64,000 bases of DNA from Patescibacteria group bacterium. GTDB lineage: Bacteria > Patescibacteriota > Minisyncoccia > UBA6257 > 2-01-FULL-56-20. The stretch spans positions 71,040-135,039 of the forward strand of contig JBBTUL010000011.1 of assembly GCA_038063755.1 (NCBI GenBank). Reading direction: 5' to 3'. Shown piece after piece: positions 46,748-56,276 of this stretch. A program made the position numbers and the translations under genes. The notes under the pieces were generated by a model. That model worked only from the letters and a program-made list of their open reading frames with translations, was not told the origin of the DNA and did no database searches. Numbering within the stretch: position 1 is the first letter of the stretch; each line of letters opens with the position of its first letter.

Positions 46748-48802
46748 CTATCGACTCTTTTTTGCTTTCTTTTCACCGCCCTTCAGCATCGCGCTTCCTT
46801 TGACCTTCCTCGTGAGCACGCGCAACTCATCTCTTAAAACTGCCGCTAGTTCAAAGTCAAGACGTTCTGCAGCGCGCCTCATTTCCCCTTCTTTTGCTTT
46901 CAAGAGTTTTTCCATAGCGGACTTCGTTTTTGGAATCGGAGCAAGTTCGAGCGATAGAATTTCGCCGACGGGAAGTATGTCTCTGATTTCGCGGATTATG
47001 GTCCGCGGAGTGATGTTGTGCTTTTTGTTGTACGCCAACTGAATTTCGCGGCGCCTTTCCGTTTCTTTTACCGCACGCTCAATCGAACCGGTAATATGAT
47101 CGGCATAAATGATTACCTCGCCACGAACATTTCGTGCCGCACGACCGATGGTTTGGATAAGCGATGTTTCGCTTCGCAGGAATCCCTCTTTGTCGGCGTC
47201 GAGGATCGCAACAAGCGATACCTCCGGAAGATCGAGACCTTCGCGCAAAAGATTCACGCCGACCAGGACATCAAAATTCCCTTTTCGAAGATCGGTCAAG
47301 ATTTTGATTCGATCAAGCGTCTTTACGTCGCTGTGAAGGTATGCAACTTTGATGCCTTCTTCACGAAGGTAGTCAGTAAGATCCTCCGCCATCTTTTTGG
47401 TAAGAGTTGTCACCAGCACACGCTCTTTTACGTTCCCGCTCTCCTTCTTCGGACTCACTCGATCTTTAATGCGCGGGATGAGATCGTGCACTTGACCCTT
47501 TACCGGACACATCGTTATCTTGGGATCAACGAGGCCCGTTGGACGAATAATCTGCTCGACGATCTGCTGACTCTCTCTCCGCTCAAAAACACCCGGGGTC
47601 GCTGAGGTGTAGATAGATTGCCCAATTCGCTCCTCAAATTCCGGAAAACGCAGCGGGCGGTTATCCGCCGCTGATGGTAATCGAAACCCGTATTCGATAA
47701 GTGTCTTTTTCCTTGAAGAGTCCCCCGCGAACATTCCCTGGAGCTGCGGAATCGTCACGTGTGACTCATCGATGACGGTCAGAAATTCCGGCTTCCCGTC
47801 CGGCGTATGCGGAAAGTAGTCGAGGAGCGTATCGGGGGCTTCACCCGATGGGCGTCCGGAAAGGGGTTGCGAGTAGTTCTCTATGCCGTGGCAATAGCCG
47901 ACTTCCCTAATCATCGCGAGATCGAACTTCGTCCTTCGCTCAAGGCGCTCCGCTTCAAGGAATTTTTTCTCCTTTTCGAATTTCTTGAGCTGCTCTTTGA
48001 GTTCTTTTTGAATCGCTATCATCGCACGCTCTCGATCCGGCACGAGCGTGATGAAGTGTTTCGCGGGAGCGATGTAGGCCTCGGGAATCGCCTTGGTAAT
48101 GTTCGGCACAAAACCCTCAACGGGATCTATCTCGTAAATCTCGCCGATGACACTCTTGTGGAGTTCGAACGAATATATAAACTCCCGATCGGTTGGCATA
48201 ATCTCCCAGTTGTCGCCGCGCAAGCGAAACGTTCCGCGTTTGAGGTCCGCCGTGGTGCGCGTGAATTGGAGGGATACGAGCTTTCGCATGAGCTCTTGGC
48301 GCAACATCTTTTCCCCGGTTTTGAAATGTAAAATATTTTCGGCATAGACCTCAGGTGCGCCAAGACCGTAAATACAGGAGACTGAAGCAACGATGATAAC
48401 GTCTTTGCGCGTGAGAAGTGCGGTTGTCGCCGCATGGCGAAGCTTATCTATCTCCTCGTTTATCATCGCCTCCTTGTCGATGTAGGTGTCGGATGTCGGC
48501 AGATAGGCTTCCGGCTGATAGTAGTCGTAGTAGGAAACGAAGTAGTGGACGGAGTTTTTTGGGAAAAGCTCCCGGAATTCATTGCAAAGCTGTGCGGCAA
48601 GCGTCTTGTTGTGCGCAATGACGAGCGTCGGTTTCCCGATCTTTTCGATGACATTTGCGATGGTAAACGTCTTTCCCGAACCGGTTACGCCGAGAAGTGT
48701 TTGATGCTCAAGACCCTTTTTTATACCCGAAACGAGCCGTCCAATCGCTTGCGGCTGATCACCTGCGGGTTTGTTTTTTGAGACCAACGTAAAGCCATCC
48801 AT
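46748..48802 (-). CDS. uvrB: Excinuclease ABC subunit B
   Basis: GDQP, GVTGSGKT, YYDYYQPEAY, DESH, GRAARN, UVR domain. Confidence 0.98.
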   Translation of the reverse strand: MDGFTLVSKNKPAGDQPQAIGRLVSGIKKGLEHQTLLGVTGSGKTFTIANVIEKIGKPTLVIAHNKTLAAQLCNEFRELFPKNSVHYFVSYYDYYQPEAYLPTSDTYIDKEAMINEEIDKLRHAATTALLTRKDVIIVASVSCIYGLGAPEVYAENILHFKTGEKMLRQELMRKLVSLQFTRTTADLKRGTFRLRGDNWEIMPTDREFIYSFELHKSVIGEIYEIDPVEGFVPNITKAIPEAYIAPAKHFITLVPDRERAMIAIQKELKEQLKKFEKEKKFLEAERLERRTKFDLAMIREVGYCHGIENYSQPLSGRPSGEAPDTLLDYFPHTPDGKPEFLTVIDESHVTIPQLQGMFAGDSSRKKTLIEYGFRLPSAADNRPLRFPEFEERIGQSIYTSATPGVFERRESQQIVEQIIRPTGLVDPKITMCPVKGQVHDLIPRIKDRVSPKKESGNVKERVLVTTLTKKMAEDLTDYLREEGIKVAYLHSDVKTLDRIKILTDLRKGNFDVLVGVNLLREGLDLPEVSLVAILDADKEGFLRSETSLIQTIGRAARNVRGEVIIYADHITGSIERAVKETERRREIQLAYNKKHNITPRTIIREIRDILPVGEILSLELAPIPKTKSAMEKLLKAKEGEMRRAAERLDFELAAVLRDELRVLTRKVKGSAMLKGGEKKAKKSR

Positions 48803-48860
48803 AGGAAGACATACACATCCTACTGGCTAGAAGCAAAAAAGGGAATGTGGCAGTTCGGTT

Positions 48861-50600
48861 CTATGCGACTTCTGCGTTATAGCATTGCTCGCAGTATACG
48901 ATCTCGGGACGGTCGGGGGCGTAGGAGGTTTCGAATTCGCTTGGGCAGGGAGCGTTTTCGTGGTCGTGCCCTTTCTTGCACATACACCTACGACGCCAAA
49001 GGCGCAATGGTTTATGCAGGTCCATTCGCTCTCCTCTTCTACAGCCGGGGCACAGTCGCGGAATTGGTAAATCCATCTTTCGGTAAAAGCCGAACTCCTG
49101 TTGGGTGGTCTTAAAAGCGAGGGTGCAGTTATGGATGCATCCTTGGCGGTGCTCGCATTCTATAACTTCGCTCAGAATATCGTCGTTGGCCTCCTTGATC
49201 GTAGCCGGCAGATCGCTTGAGGTTTTTGTTGATTGGTACTCTCTTGGTTCCGGCTCGGCCCATCGACAGCCGAACGCCAACGCCTCGTCTTTATGCAGAG
49301 GAAAGTAAAACTGCGTCAGCGATTCGTTATACGCAAACGGGGAAAGTTCGACAGGAAAGAACTCGCCGTACGGGTACACCTGTCCGTTCAATCCAACGTA
49401 TGGATTGTTGCTCATACCCTCAACTATGCTCGCCCGAAGCTCTAAGTACTCGTCTTTGCCGTATTGCTTGTTTAATATGCAATATTGCTTTTTCCGCAGA
49501 CCTACACACCCGAAGAGATCTTGGCTAACACGACAGTAGTCACAATATTGGATTCTCGCACTACTCTCGAACGTGTTTAAAGAAAAATAAATATTGGAAT
49601 CGAGATATCCCACATTAACACCCTCGTATAACAGCGAACACTCCTTGTCCCCTACACCATACATGTCATAGGAATCCTTCGCGTGACTTGCCTGCGCGCA
49701 GTATTTGATATCTTCACAATCTGCGGAGTTGAAACTATGTTTTGCATTCTTGCAGTTAACGAGGTTATCGCCCGAGGAGCCAACGCACTTGATGATATTC
49801 GCATATTTATGAAACGCGGCTTCTTTCATGCGAACATATTCCATACGGAGTTCCCTCTGGGTAGAATAGTCGCTACTAATAGCTTCGAGCCGCTTCCGAT
49901 ACTCTTCTTCGGCAAGCTGTTGGTTACGAAACACAAATTTACCGTTGCGTAAATTGCTGCTCATAAAGCAGTCGGAAGAGTTGCGACAGTCATAAAGGTA
50001 TGAGCTATTCATGCAATCCTTGCAATCAGAAATGAAGACGCACTTCACGCAGCGTTCTGAATCCATAGCCTCGTAAACGCTCTCGGAATTCATAATCACG
50101 ATGGAATCAAGTGTTTCTCTACAGCTCCACGCCCCTTTGGAATACGACACTGTGTCTGAATTCAGCGTTGAGGGTGAAAGATACACGTTTTTAGAAAACC
50201 ACGTGAAATCAGAATAGGGCGAATTCTCGTTTTGATAAGCTTCCAGACTTGGCCTCGGCATGACATCCGAAAGCTCCTTCCACTGAGAGAAAAAAGTCTT
50301 GTTCGAATTGTATTCGAGGCCGTAATCCAATGGATCCCACTTATCAGACCACCAACACTCATTGCAATACACGGGGAATTTAACGCTTTTCGAATAATGA
50401 GAAATGCCCTGTATGCCGCATAACCCACACTGGAACTTATGCATATTGAACTCATTTCGGAAAAGCATTCTTCGCTTCATCCTACACTCCGGGCACCACG
50501 TCGGCGCCGGAACGTCTATCTTTTTGTAGAAATCGAAATCCTCGGATTCGATGGTGAACGCTTGATGACAACTTTGACAATTTTTTGTCTCTTGATTCAT
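48861..50600 (-). CDS. Cys-rich Zn-ribbon/repeat protein, paralog 4
   Basis: Start placed at ATG 50600 (MNQETKNCQSC); same motif series. Confidence 0.9.
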   Translation of the reverse strand: MNQETKNCQSCHQAFTIESEDFDFYKKIDVPAPTWCPECRMKRRMLFRNEFNMHKFQCGLCGIQGISHYSKSVKFPVYCNECWWSDKWDPLDYGLEYNSNKTFFSQWKELSDVMPRPSLEAYQNENSPYSDFTWFSKNVYLSPSTLNSDTVSYSKGAWSCRETLDSIVIMNSESVYEAMDSERCVKCVFISDCKDCMNSSYLYDCRNSSDCFMSSNLRNGKFVFRNQQLAEEEYRKRLEAISSDYSTQRELRMEYVRMKEAAFHKYANIIKCVGSSGDNLVNCKNAKHSFNSADCEDIKYCAQASHAKDSYDMYGVGDKECSLLYEGVNVGYLDSNIYFSLNTFESSARIQYCDYCRVSQDLFGCVGLRKKQYCILNKQYGKDEYLELRASIVEGMSNNPYVGLNGQVYPYGEFFPVELSPFAYNESLTQFYFPLHKDEALAFGCRWAEPEPREYQSTKTSSDLPATIKEANDDILSEVIECEHRQGCIHNCTLAFKTTQQEFGFYRKMDLPIPRLCPGCRRGERMDLHKPLRLWRRRCMCKKGHDHENAPCPSEFETSYAPDRPEIVYCEQCYNAEVA

Positions 50601-50655
50601 GGTCGTGTTTGTCCCGCCCACAGGCGGGATCCTCGATTTTGTCTATTCGCTACGC

Positions 50656-50727
50656 TCATACAAAATCGGGACAGTTCTGGCAGACCCGCCCTGAGCTTGC
50701 CGAAGGGGTTTTTGTTTCGCTCGTCAT
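50656..50727 (-). pseudogene. N-terminal stub of a further Cys-rich paralog
   Basis: MTSETKTPSASSGRVCQNCPDFV* aligns with paralog 2 MNHETKNPSASSGQVCQNC. Confidence 0.75.
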
Positions 50728-50730
50728 GGA

Positions 50731-52452
50731 TTATGCAACCTCTGCGTTATGGCAAGATTCACAGTATAGATTCTCTCCGGGAAGCGATGTTTCAAACGCG
50801 TTTCCGCATGGGCTGTCGCCATGCGCGTGAGAAACGCTGTTTTGATAACCGCCCGAGCCAATCGTTCCTCTGCAAGCACATTGGCCTTCGTGGAGGTAAT
50901 TTGGTCCGCGAGCTTGAAATCTCCTGGCATGTCGACAATCTGGACAAAGCCGGGGAAGCGGCACTGAAAGTTTTTTGTAAAACGCAAATTCATCGGGAAT
51001 AATTCGATAATTTTTCTTGCAATCGATGCAGGCAAAAATCTTTTCAACAAGCGATTGATCGGCATCGCCAATCGCATCAGGAATCTCCGCCCAGGAAATC
51101 GTTTCTTTTCCAAATGTGCCGCGCTCGAAATCCTCCCACTTAAAACCAAGCTCGAGCGCCTCTTCCTTTGAGAGCGGAAACTGTTCCATTGCTGCGGATT
51201 CGTTGTAGCCAAACGTGCTGACTGATGCGGGGAAGAATTCGCCGTAATTTCCCGCATCTTTCATAGACGCAACTATCTTCTCGCGCAGTGTTTGATACTC
51301 CTCTTTCGAATATTCGTGGTTAAGAATGCAGTAATCTTTTTTACGAACTCCAACCGATCCAAAACAGTTGTTCGCATTGAAGCAGTAGTAGCAGTATTCC
51401 GTAAACGAACACGTCCAGCACATGCGGCAGCAGATTTGATTCGAGACATCCATTCCGGCGTTCACCGTGTTATACATCATCTCAGCGTTGCGCCCCGTAG
51501 TATCGCAGTCCATACAATCCTTGGCGTTACGCCACACATGGACGTTATACTTACAATCCTCGGCCTCATAACAATGAAAGCAGGATTTGCAATTTTTTGC
51601 GTTTTTTATGTAGTTTCCGCTTGAATTTGGCGCTTGGACAATTTCTGCATACTTTCTCGGTTGGGTTTTCAAAAATTTCTCGAATTTTTCTCTGAACGCT
51701 TCAACGCCGGAATTCGTATCGAGTCGGAAATTCTGCAGCTCCTTTTCATATTCTTCTTTCGAATATGGCTTATTGAAAATGCAGTATTTGGAGTTTCTTA
51801 AATTCACACACCCAACGCAGTTCGACACACCTCGACAGTCAAACAGAAAGGCACTCTCGCGGCAATCATGACATCCTCTGCTCCAGGAAATGCCGTAGCA
51901 GCCATAACAGTCGTCGCTTTCGTACGAAAGCTCGGTTTGGTGTGAAAATGAAACGTCGACAAGATCACGACATTGCTGAATCCAATAACAATGCGTGCAA
52001 TTCTCGTTGTTTGAAGACTCCACGATCATGTAGCAATTCTTGCTGTCTGCGGAAATATTCGTGTATTCCGAATTCGTGCTACGAATGTATACGAGCGCTA
52101 CTTTCGGAACCGAATCCCATACCGCCTTGAACTGTTCCATGAACGGTCTCGATGGCGTGTATGCCCGGCCATAATCAAGTGGATTCCAATCGTCGGAGAA
52201 CCAGCAGTCATGACACCAGACGGTATACGGCTTCTCGGGACTATACATGGAGATCACCACTTTCTTGCATTTGTCGCACGCGCGTCGATAGAAACTCCGT
52301 TCGTTACGGAATGAAAGTCGGTGTCTCGCACGACAGAGAGGACAAAGCTTCGGCGCCAGAACGTCTATCTTTTTATAGAAATCAAAATCTTCCGGTTCGA
52401 TGAAAAAAGGCTTCTTGCATTGTGTGCAGGTTTTCGTCTCCGGCATTGTCAT
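50731..52452 (-). CDS. Cys-rich Zn-ribbon/repeat protein, paralog 5
   Basis: 573 aa; same motif series. Confidence 0.9.
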   Translation of the reverse strand: MTMPETKTCTQCKKPFFIEPEDFDFYKKIDVLAPKLCPLCRARHRLSFRNERSFYRRACDKCKKVVISMYSPEKPYTVWCHDCWFSDDWNPLDYGRAYTPSRPFMEQFKAVWDSVPKVALVYIRSTNSEYTNISADSKNCYMIVESSNNENCTHCYWIQQCRDLVDVSFSHQTELSYESDDCYGCYGISWSRGCHDCRESAFLFDCRGVSNCVGCVNLRNSKYCIFNKPYSKEEYEKELQNFRLDTNSGVEAFREKFEKFLKTQPRKYAEIVQAPNSSGNYIKNAKNCKSCFHCYEAEDCKYNVHVWRNAKDCMDCDTTGRNAEMMYNTVNAGMDVSNQICCRMCWTCSFTEYCYYCFNANNCFGSVGVRKKDYCILNHEYSKEEYQTLREKIVASMKDAGNYGEFFPASVSTFGYNESAAMEQFPLSKEEALELGFKWEDFERGTFGKETISWAEIPDAIGDADQSLVEKIFACIDCKKNYRIIPDEFAFYKKLSVPLPRLCPDCRHARRFQARGPNYLHEGQCACRGTIGSGGYQNSVSHAHGDSPCGNAFETSLPGENLYCESCHNAEVA

Positions 52453-52469
52453 GAGTTACGAAATCCGGA

Positions 52470-52931
52470 CTACTTCACCTCGAGAAGTTTTACGGTAAAC
52501 AAAAGTGCTGAGTTCGGCGGAATCGGACCAACGGCTTGTGCTCCATAAGCGAACTCCGGTGCGATAGTGAGCTTCCTCTCTCCGCCAACCTTCATACCCG
52601 CAACTCCTTCGTCCCAACCTCGGATAACTTGTCCGACGCCCAAGACGAATGAAAACGGTGTTCCCCGATCAAGCGAGCTGTCAAACTTTGTTCCATCGGT
52701 CAAGGTTCCCGTATAGTGCACCGAAACAGTTTTTCCTGCTACTGCTTCCGCTCCTGTCCCAAGAACAACATCTTCAATTTTTAATCCTTCCATTTGCTTT
52801 ATTGTATTGTTTGTTTGAACCGTGACGTTCGGCTCGTCTATTTTTACTTCCTCCGGCTTGTTTTTCTCTCCATACCAAATCGCACCAGCAAGCACAGCCA
52901 CCGCAAGTAGTCCGAATATAATTGTTTTCAT
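52470..52931 (-). CDS. FKBP-type peptidyl-prolyl isomerase, membrane anchored
   Basis: ATG 52931; VHYTG, FDSS, VIRGWDEG, AYG, IPPNS. Confidence 0.95.
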   Translation of the reverse strand: MKTIIFGLLAVAVLAGAIWYGEKNKPEEVKIDEPNVTVQTNNTIKQMEGLKIEDVVLGTGAEAVAGKTVSVHYTGTLTDGTKFDSSLDRGTPFSFVLGVGQVIRGWDEGVAGMKVGGERKLTIAPEFAYGAQAVGPIPPNSALLFTVKLLEVK

Positions 52932-52941
52932 GCGGTTTATT

Positions 52942-53271
52942 TTATCGTATTTCTGTCCCTGGGGAAACATCCCTCTCGACCGTAAGCGCAACCGGAAGCC
53001 CTTCCTCATCTGTCGCCGCAAGCATCATTCCCCTGCTTTCCTCTCCCATGAGCGTGCGGGGATCGAGATTCACAACCACGATAATGTTTTTCCCGACCAT
53101 TTCTTCCGGAGTATACGCTTTCCCAATCCCTGCAAGAATCTGCCGGATCTCCTCTGGATCACCTCCGAGACTTACCTGCATTTTAAGAAGCTTTTCCGAA
53201 CCCTCCACCCGCTCGGCGGAGAGCACCCTGCCGACCTTGAGCTCAGTATTCTTAAATTCGTCTATGGTCAT
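52942..53271 (-). CDS. tRNA-binding OB-fold protein (MetG C-terminal/Trbp111/CsaA-like)
   Basis: ATG 53271; TIDEF..ELKVG, SEKLL, RQILAGI, NL.PR.LMG.ES.GM. Confidence 0.9.
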   Translation of the reverse strand: MTIDEFKNTELKVGRVLSAERVEGSEKLLKMQVSLGGDPEEIRQILAGIGKAYTPEEMVGKNIIVVVNLDPRTLMGEESRGMMLAATDEEGLPVALTVERDVSPGTEIR

Positions 53272-53314
53272 TCGAAAATTGTAGCATGGTGAATCGCATT
53301 CACGAAAAACATCC

Positions 53315-53456
53315 GGGCGGTTTCGTTTTACATCTCTCGAACCGGAATACTTCGGCTCCGGCGGCCGAAATTTCCTGCCGCTCGTCGGCTCGACGCTTCG
53401 CGTCCAAGCTCGATCCGACTCCGCAAGCTTCTCGATCGGCAAAACGAAACCTACCC
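53315..53456. repeat. Multi-branched palindromic element
   Basis: GGTTTCGTTTT/AAAACGAAACC outer stem; inner hairpins CCGGA..TCCGG, GTCGG..CCGAC, GACGC-ttc-GCGTC. Confidence 0.55.
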
Positions 53457-53474
53457 CTTGACGAAGGGTGAGGT

Positions 53475-53574
53475 AGCCCGCAGGTATTTTTCGGGGTTTC
53501 GCGGAGCGCGACGGCGCAAGCGTAAGCAACATTTCTTAAAAAATGTATGCGGCCCCGAAAAATACCTGCGGGCT
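53475..53574. repeat. 100-bp element with perfect 22-bp terminal inverted repeats (MITE-like)
   Basis: AGCCCGCAGGTATTTTTCGGGG ... CCCCGAAAAATACCTGCGGGCT. Confidence 0.75.
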
Positions 53575-53591
53575 GACGTGCGAGCTTAAAT

Positions 53592-53626
53592 AAAAAATCA
53601 CCCCGACCTAAGCCAGGGTGATTTTT
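53592..53626. terminator. Terminator downstream of the RRM gene
   Basis: AAAAATCACCC..GGGTGATTTTT. Confidence 0.7.
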
Positions 53627-53644
53627 CTGAAAGTAAACGCCGAG

Positions 53645-53950
53645 TTACCAGCTGTTTCTTCCGCCTCCGAAGCCGCCGCCTTCTCGGCGAGGAGGACGTG
53701 CCTCCATCGGGCGTGCTTCGTTGACTGTAAGGGCGCGTCCTTCCAACTCCTTACCATTCCACATTTCTATGGCCTTCTGCGCTTCGGCATCATCGTCAAA
53801 TTCGACAAAGCCAAACCCTTTCGAGCGGCCTGTCATTTTATCGGTGATAACCGTTACGGAAGAAACAGTTCCGGCTTGCGAAAAAGCCTGTGACAAACTG
53901 TCTTGGTTGGTGGTGTAGGAAAGATTTCCCACGTATAACCTCTTAGACAT
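53645..53950 (-). CDS. RRM RNA-binding protein (Rbp family)
   Basis: RNP2 LYVGNL, RNP1 KGFGFVEF, VNEARP, Gly/Arg-rich tail. Confidence 0.96.
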   Translation of the reverse strand: MSKRLYVGNLSYTTNQDSLSQAFSQAGTVSSVTVITDKMTGRSKGFGFVEFDDDAEAQKAIEMWNGKELEGRALTVNEARPMEARPPRREGGGFGGGRNSW

Positions 53951-54073
53951 TCGATAACGTAATAATTTCCAGTATAACGCGATGTAAGACGACCTTCCTT
54001 TCCCGTCTGCGTTGCTCTATCCCTCATCGGGAAAAGAAGCGCGAGTAACGAAAAACCTTACAACTGCTCGGAC

Positions 54074-54102
54074 AGTATACCATACTATTTTAAATCTGTC
54101 AC
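54074..54102 (-). promoter_or_regulatory. Sigma70-type promoter of the RRM gene
   Basis: GTGACA-17-TATACT with extended TG. Confidence 0.6.
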
Positions 54103-54137
54103 TACCCCAAAAAAGTCTTATAAATCAAGCTATTTCC

Positions 54138-54623
54138 CTATTGCTTCTTTTCAACCTTAAACGCCTCTATGTCCTTCAAAACCTTTTCTAATACCCCCTG
54201 GATCTCCCCGAGGGTCGCTTGGCTCTTTACGCTTTGCTCATCGTTTTCATCCTCGCCTTCTTGAATCTTGTCGATATCATCTGATATTTCCTCAATATCC
54301 TCTCCGAGTTCATCGATTTCTTCCTCGATCTCTCCGATGTCCTCTCCAATTTCTTCGATGTCTTCTTCAACCTCTTCTATGGTTTGACGGCTCTTGTTTA
54401 CGCTCATTTGAATGAAAAGGGAAAGATAAATTGCTTCGAGCGATACGATGGTTGTAAGCGCGATCGACAGCTTCTCGAAATTAACCCCAAAAAATACGAG
54501 CGACAATATCCCGCCGAAAAGAAACGTATGAACAAGGATTGACGTCGGAGAACCCGCAGCCGACATAATGGTCTCTGACCATTGCTCAGCCCTTGATTGT
54601 ATGTGCCGTGATTTTTTTCCCAT
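54138..54623 (-). CDS. DUF1003-like membrane protein with acidic coiled tail
   Basis: GSP.SI.VHT, LTTIVSLEAIYLSLFIQMSVN. Confidence 0.8.
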   Translation of the reverse strand: MGKKSRHIQSRAEQWSETIMSAAGSPTSILVHTFLFGGILSLVFFGVNFEKLSIALTTIVSLEAIYLSLFIQMSVNKSRQTIEEVEEDIEEIGEDIGEIEEEIDELGEDIEEISDDIDKIQEGEDENDEQSVKSQATLGEIQGVLEKVLKDIEAFKVEKKQ

Positions 54624-54718
54624 AGATTTTTATCTTCCTCTATCTCCTCGTAGCAAATGAATACGCTCCGAAAGAGGACGTATTATAGTTTAAAAAAGTT
54701 CGCTCGTCAACCTACAAC

Positions 54719-55744
54719 CTACCGCTCCTTGACGTTCGCTGCGTTATAAATATCAAGTAAGGAAAAAAAGAGGCTGAATAGAAGCGGGCCAATCAAAAAT
54801 CCAAATGGCCCAAAAAGGCTGATGCCTCCAATTACTCCCATAAGCATAAGCAACGGGTGGAGATTTGAACCCATGTTCATAAGTTTCGGCCCAAGGAAGT
54901 TATCAACGAGACCGACCGCAACCATGCCCCATATAAGAAGTCCTAGCGCGCCACTCGTCGCACCAGAGACAAAGAGATAAAGAATGGCTGGAATGAGCAC
55001 AAGTGAAGTTCCAATACCAGGAATAAGGGCGCTTATTGCCGTCACGCCTCCCCAAAAAGCGGCGTTTGGTACTCCGAATACCCAATACCCGGAGCCGGCA
55101 ATAATTCCCTGGATAATAGCGACGACGAGCGAGCCGCGAATCACGCCATTTACGGTTCTCTTGAGTTTTCCCATGATCTCGTCATCGTATTCGTCTGAAA
55201 GCGGGCTAAATGAGATAACCCAGGCCCTAAACTTCTCTCCGTCCTTCAGGAGATAGTAGAAAATTATAAGGAAAATGAAGAAATCGATCAGAATGCCGAC
55301 GGTTCCGCTAAAGAGCGATCCGAGGCTTTTGACCGCCCCACTCAACAGGTTTCCAACCTCGTTATTGATGTTGAATGATGTTCTTGAAATTATCTCCTGG
55401 ACACGGTCCGGAATAAGCCCTAAAAGAGTGTCTGTCACGCCGTTTGTGGTTATGTGGGAATAGAGCGCAACTGCGTCCTGAAACACTTGAACCCCGATAA
55501 TTACGAGCGGAACGAGGACGATAAGGAGCACTAAAAGAACTGTTACAAGCGCCGAAAGCGGTTTTAATCCTCGAAACATCTTTGTAAGCCAGAAAAAAAG
55601 TGGGTGAAAAATGATTGCAAAAGTCACGGCGAGAATGACGGCGCCAAGGTACGGGAAAAGCACAAAAAACGACGCCATTCCTATAATCAGCAAAAATCCG
55701 AAAAAGAAATAAGTTTGAAGTTTTTGGGTATTCTCAACCGGCAT
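54719..55744 (-). CDS. AI-2E family transporter
   Basis: YYLLKDG, IQG, IPGIG, DNFL.P.L, G..GFLIGP; start at 55744 or 55759. Confidence 0.92.
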   Translation of the reverse strand: MPVENTQKLQTYFFFGFLLIIGMASFFVLFPYLGAVILAVTFAIIFHPLFFWLTKMFRGLKPLSALVTVLLVLLIVLVPLVIIGVQVFQDAVALYSHITTNGVTDTLLGLIPDRVQEIISRTSFNINNEVGNLLSGAVKSLGSLFSGTVGILIDFFIFLIIFYYLLKDGEKFRAWVISFSPLSDEYDDEIMGKLKRTVNGVIRGSLVVAIIQGIIAGSGYWVFGVPNAAFWGGVTAISALIPGIGTSLVLIPAILYLFVSGATSGALGLLIWGMVAVGLVDNFLGPKLMNMGSNLHPLLMLMGVIGGISLFGPFGFLIGPLLFSLFFSLLDIYNAANVKER

Positions 55745-55758
55745 ATGATTATTATACA

Positions 55759-56229
55759 TTATTTTCTTTTAGAGTCACCTTTTCGCAGAATGGACGTATG
55801 AAATTCCTTTGGGAGATGGGGGCGCAAAACTTTGAGTGACACAAGCGGAAGAACTCTCTCTTTCATTTTCTTCAAAATGTCGCTTCGCAAGTCTTTCTGA
55901 TCGTATCCGAAGCAAATGAGATCCGGGTCGATCCTTCGAATAATTTCATACGAACCAATTTCCTTATCTCCAAGATACACCGCATGTGGAATGCTTGTTC
56001 TTCGAAGCGCTCGGGCTCGCGCATGAGCGTTTCTCTCTGGAGGGTGTCCCTTGAGCCTCCTTACCACGAAGTCTTGTGGAATAACCACGAAGAGCCTCTC
56101 GGCATAACACCTCGCTTCACGAAGCGCGCGAAGGTGCCCTTCGTGGATACCGTCAAACGTCCCGAAAAAGATAGCTTTTTGGGCTTTCTTCGCCTTTTTG
56201 TTTTTTATTTTTTTCTGCGTAACCATCAA
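55759..56229 (-). CDS. Cytidylyltransferase-family protein (RibL/FAD synthetase-like)
   Basis: FGTFDGIHEGH, PD.ICFGYDQ. Confidence 0.85.
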   Translation of the reverse strand: MMVTQKKIKNKKAKKAQKAIFFGTFDGIHEGHLRALREARCYAERLFVVIPQDFVVRRLKGHPPERNAHARARALRRTSIPHAVYLGDKEIGSYEIIRRIDPDLICFGYDQKDLRSDILKKMKERVLPLVSLKVLRPHLPKEFHTSILRKGDSKRK

Positions 56230-56276
56230 GATCGATTATAACAGAGGCAAGGTCTGCTATACTAAAAATAGGTATT

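Noticed and set aside
48861-52452. Multiheme cytochrome or polyferredoxin identity for the Cys-rich proteins
   Set aside because: The occasional CxxCH is not conserved across paralogs, there is no export signal, and there is no repeated CxxCxxCxxxCP ferredoxin motif.
53272-53532. N-terminal extension of the tRNA-binding protein (likewise extensions of the fmt, M23, cupredoxin and FKBP ORFs)
   Set aside because: The extensions run through palindromic DNA or neighbouring genes; the internal ATGs fit the known domain starts and, for several, a nearby -10 box.
54260-54385. Tandem DNA repeat in the DUF1003-like gene
   Set aside because: It is only a degenerate acidic heptad (EDIEEIG) coiled coil at protein level, not an exact nucleotide repeat.
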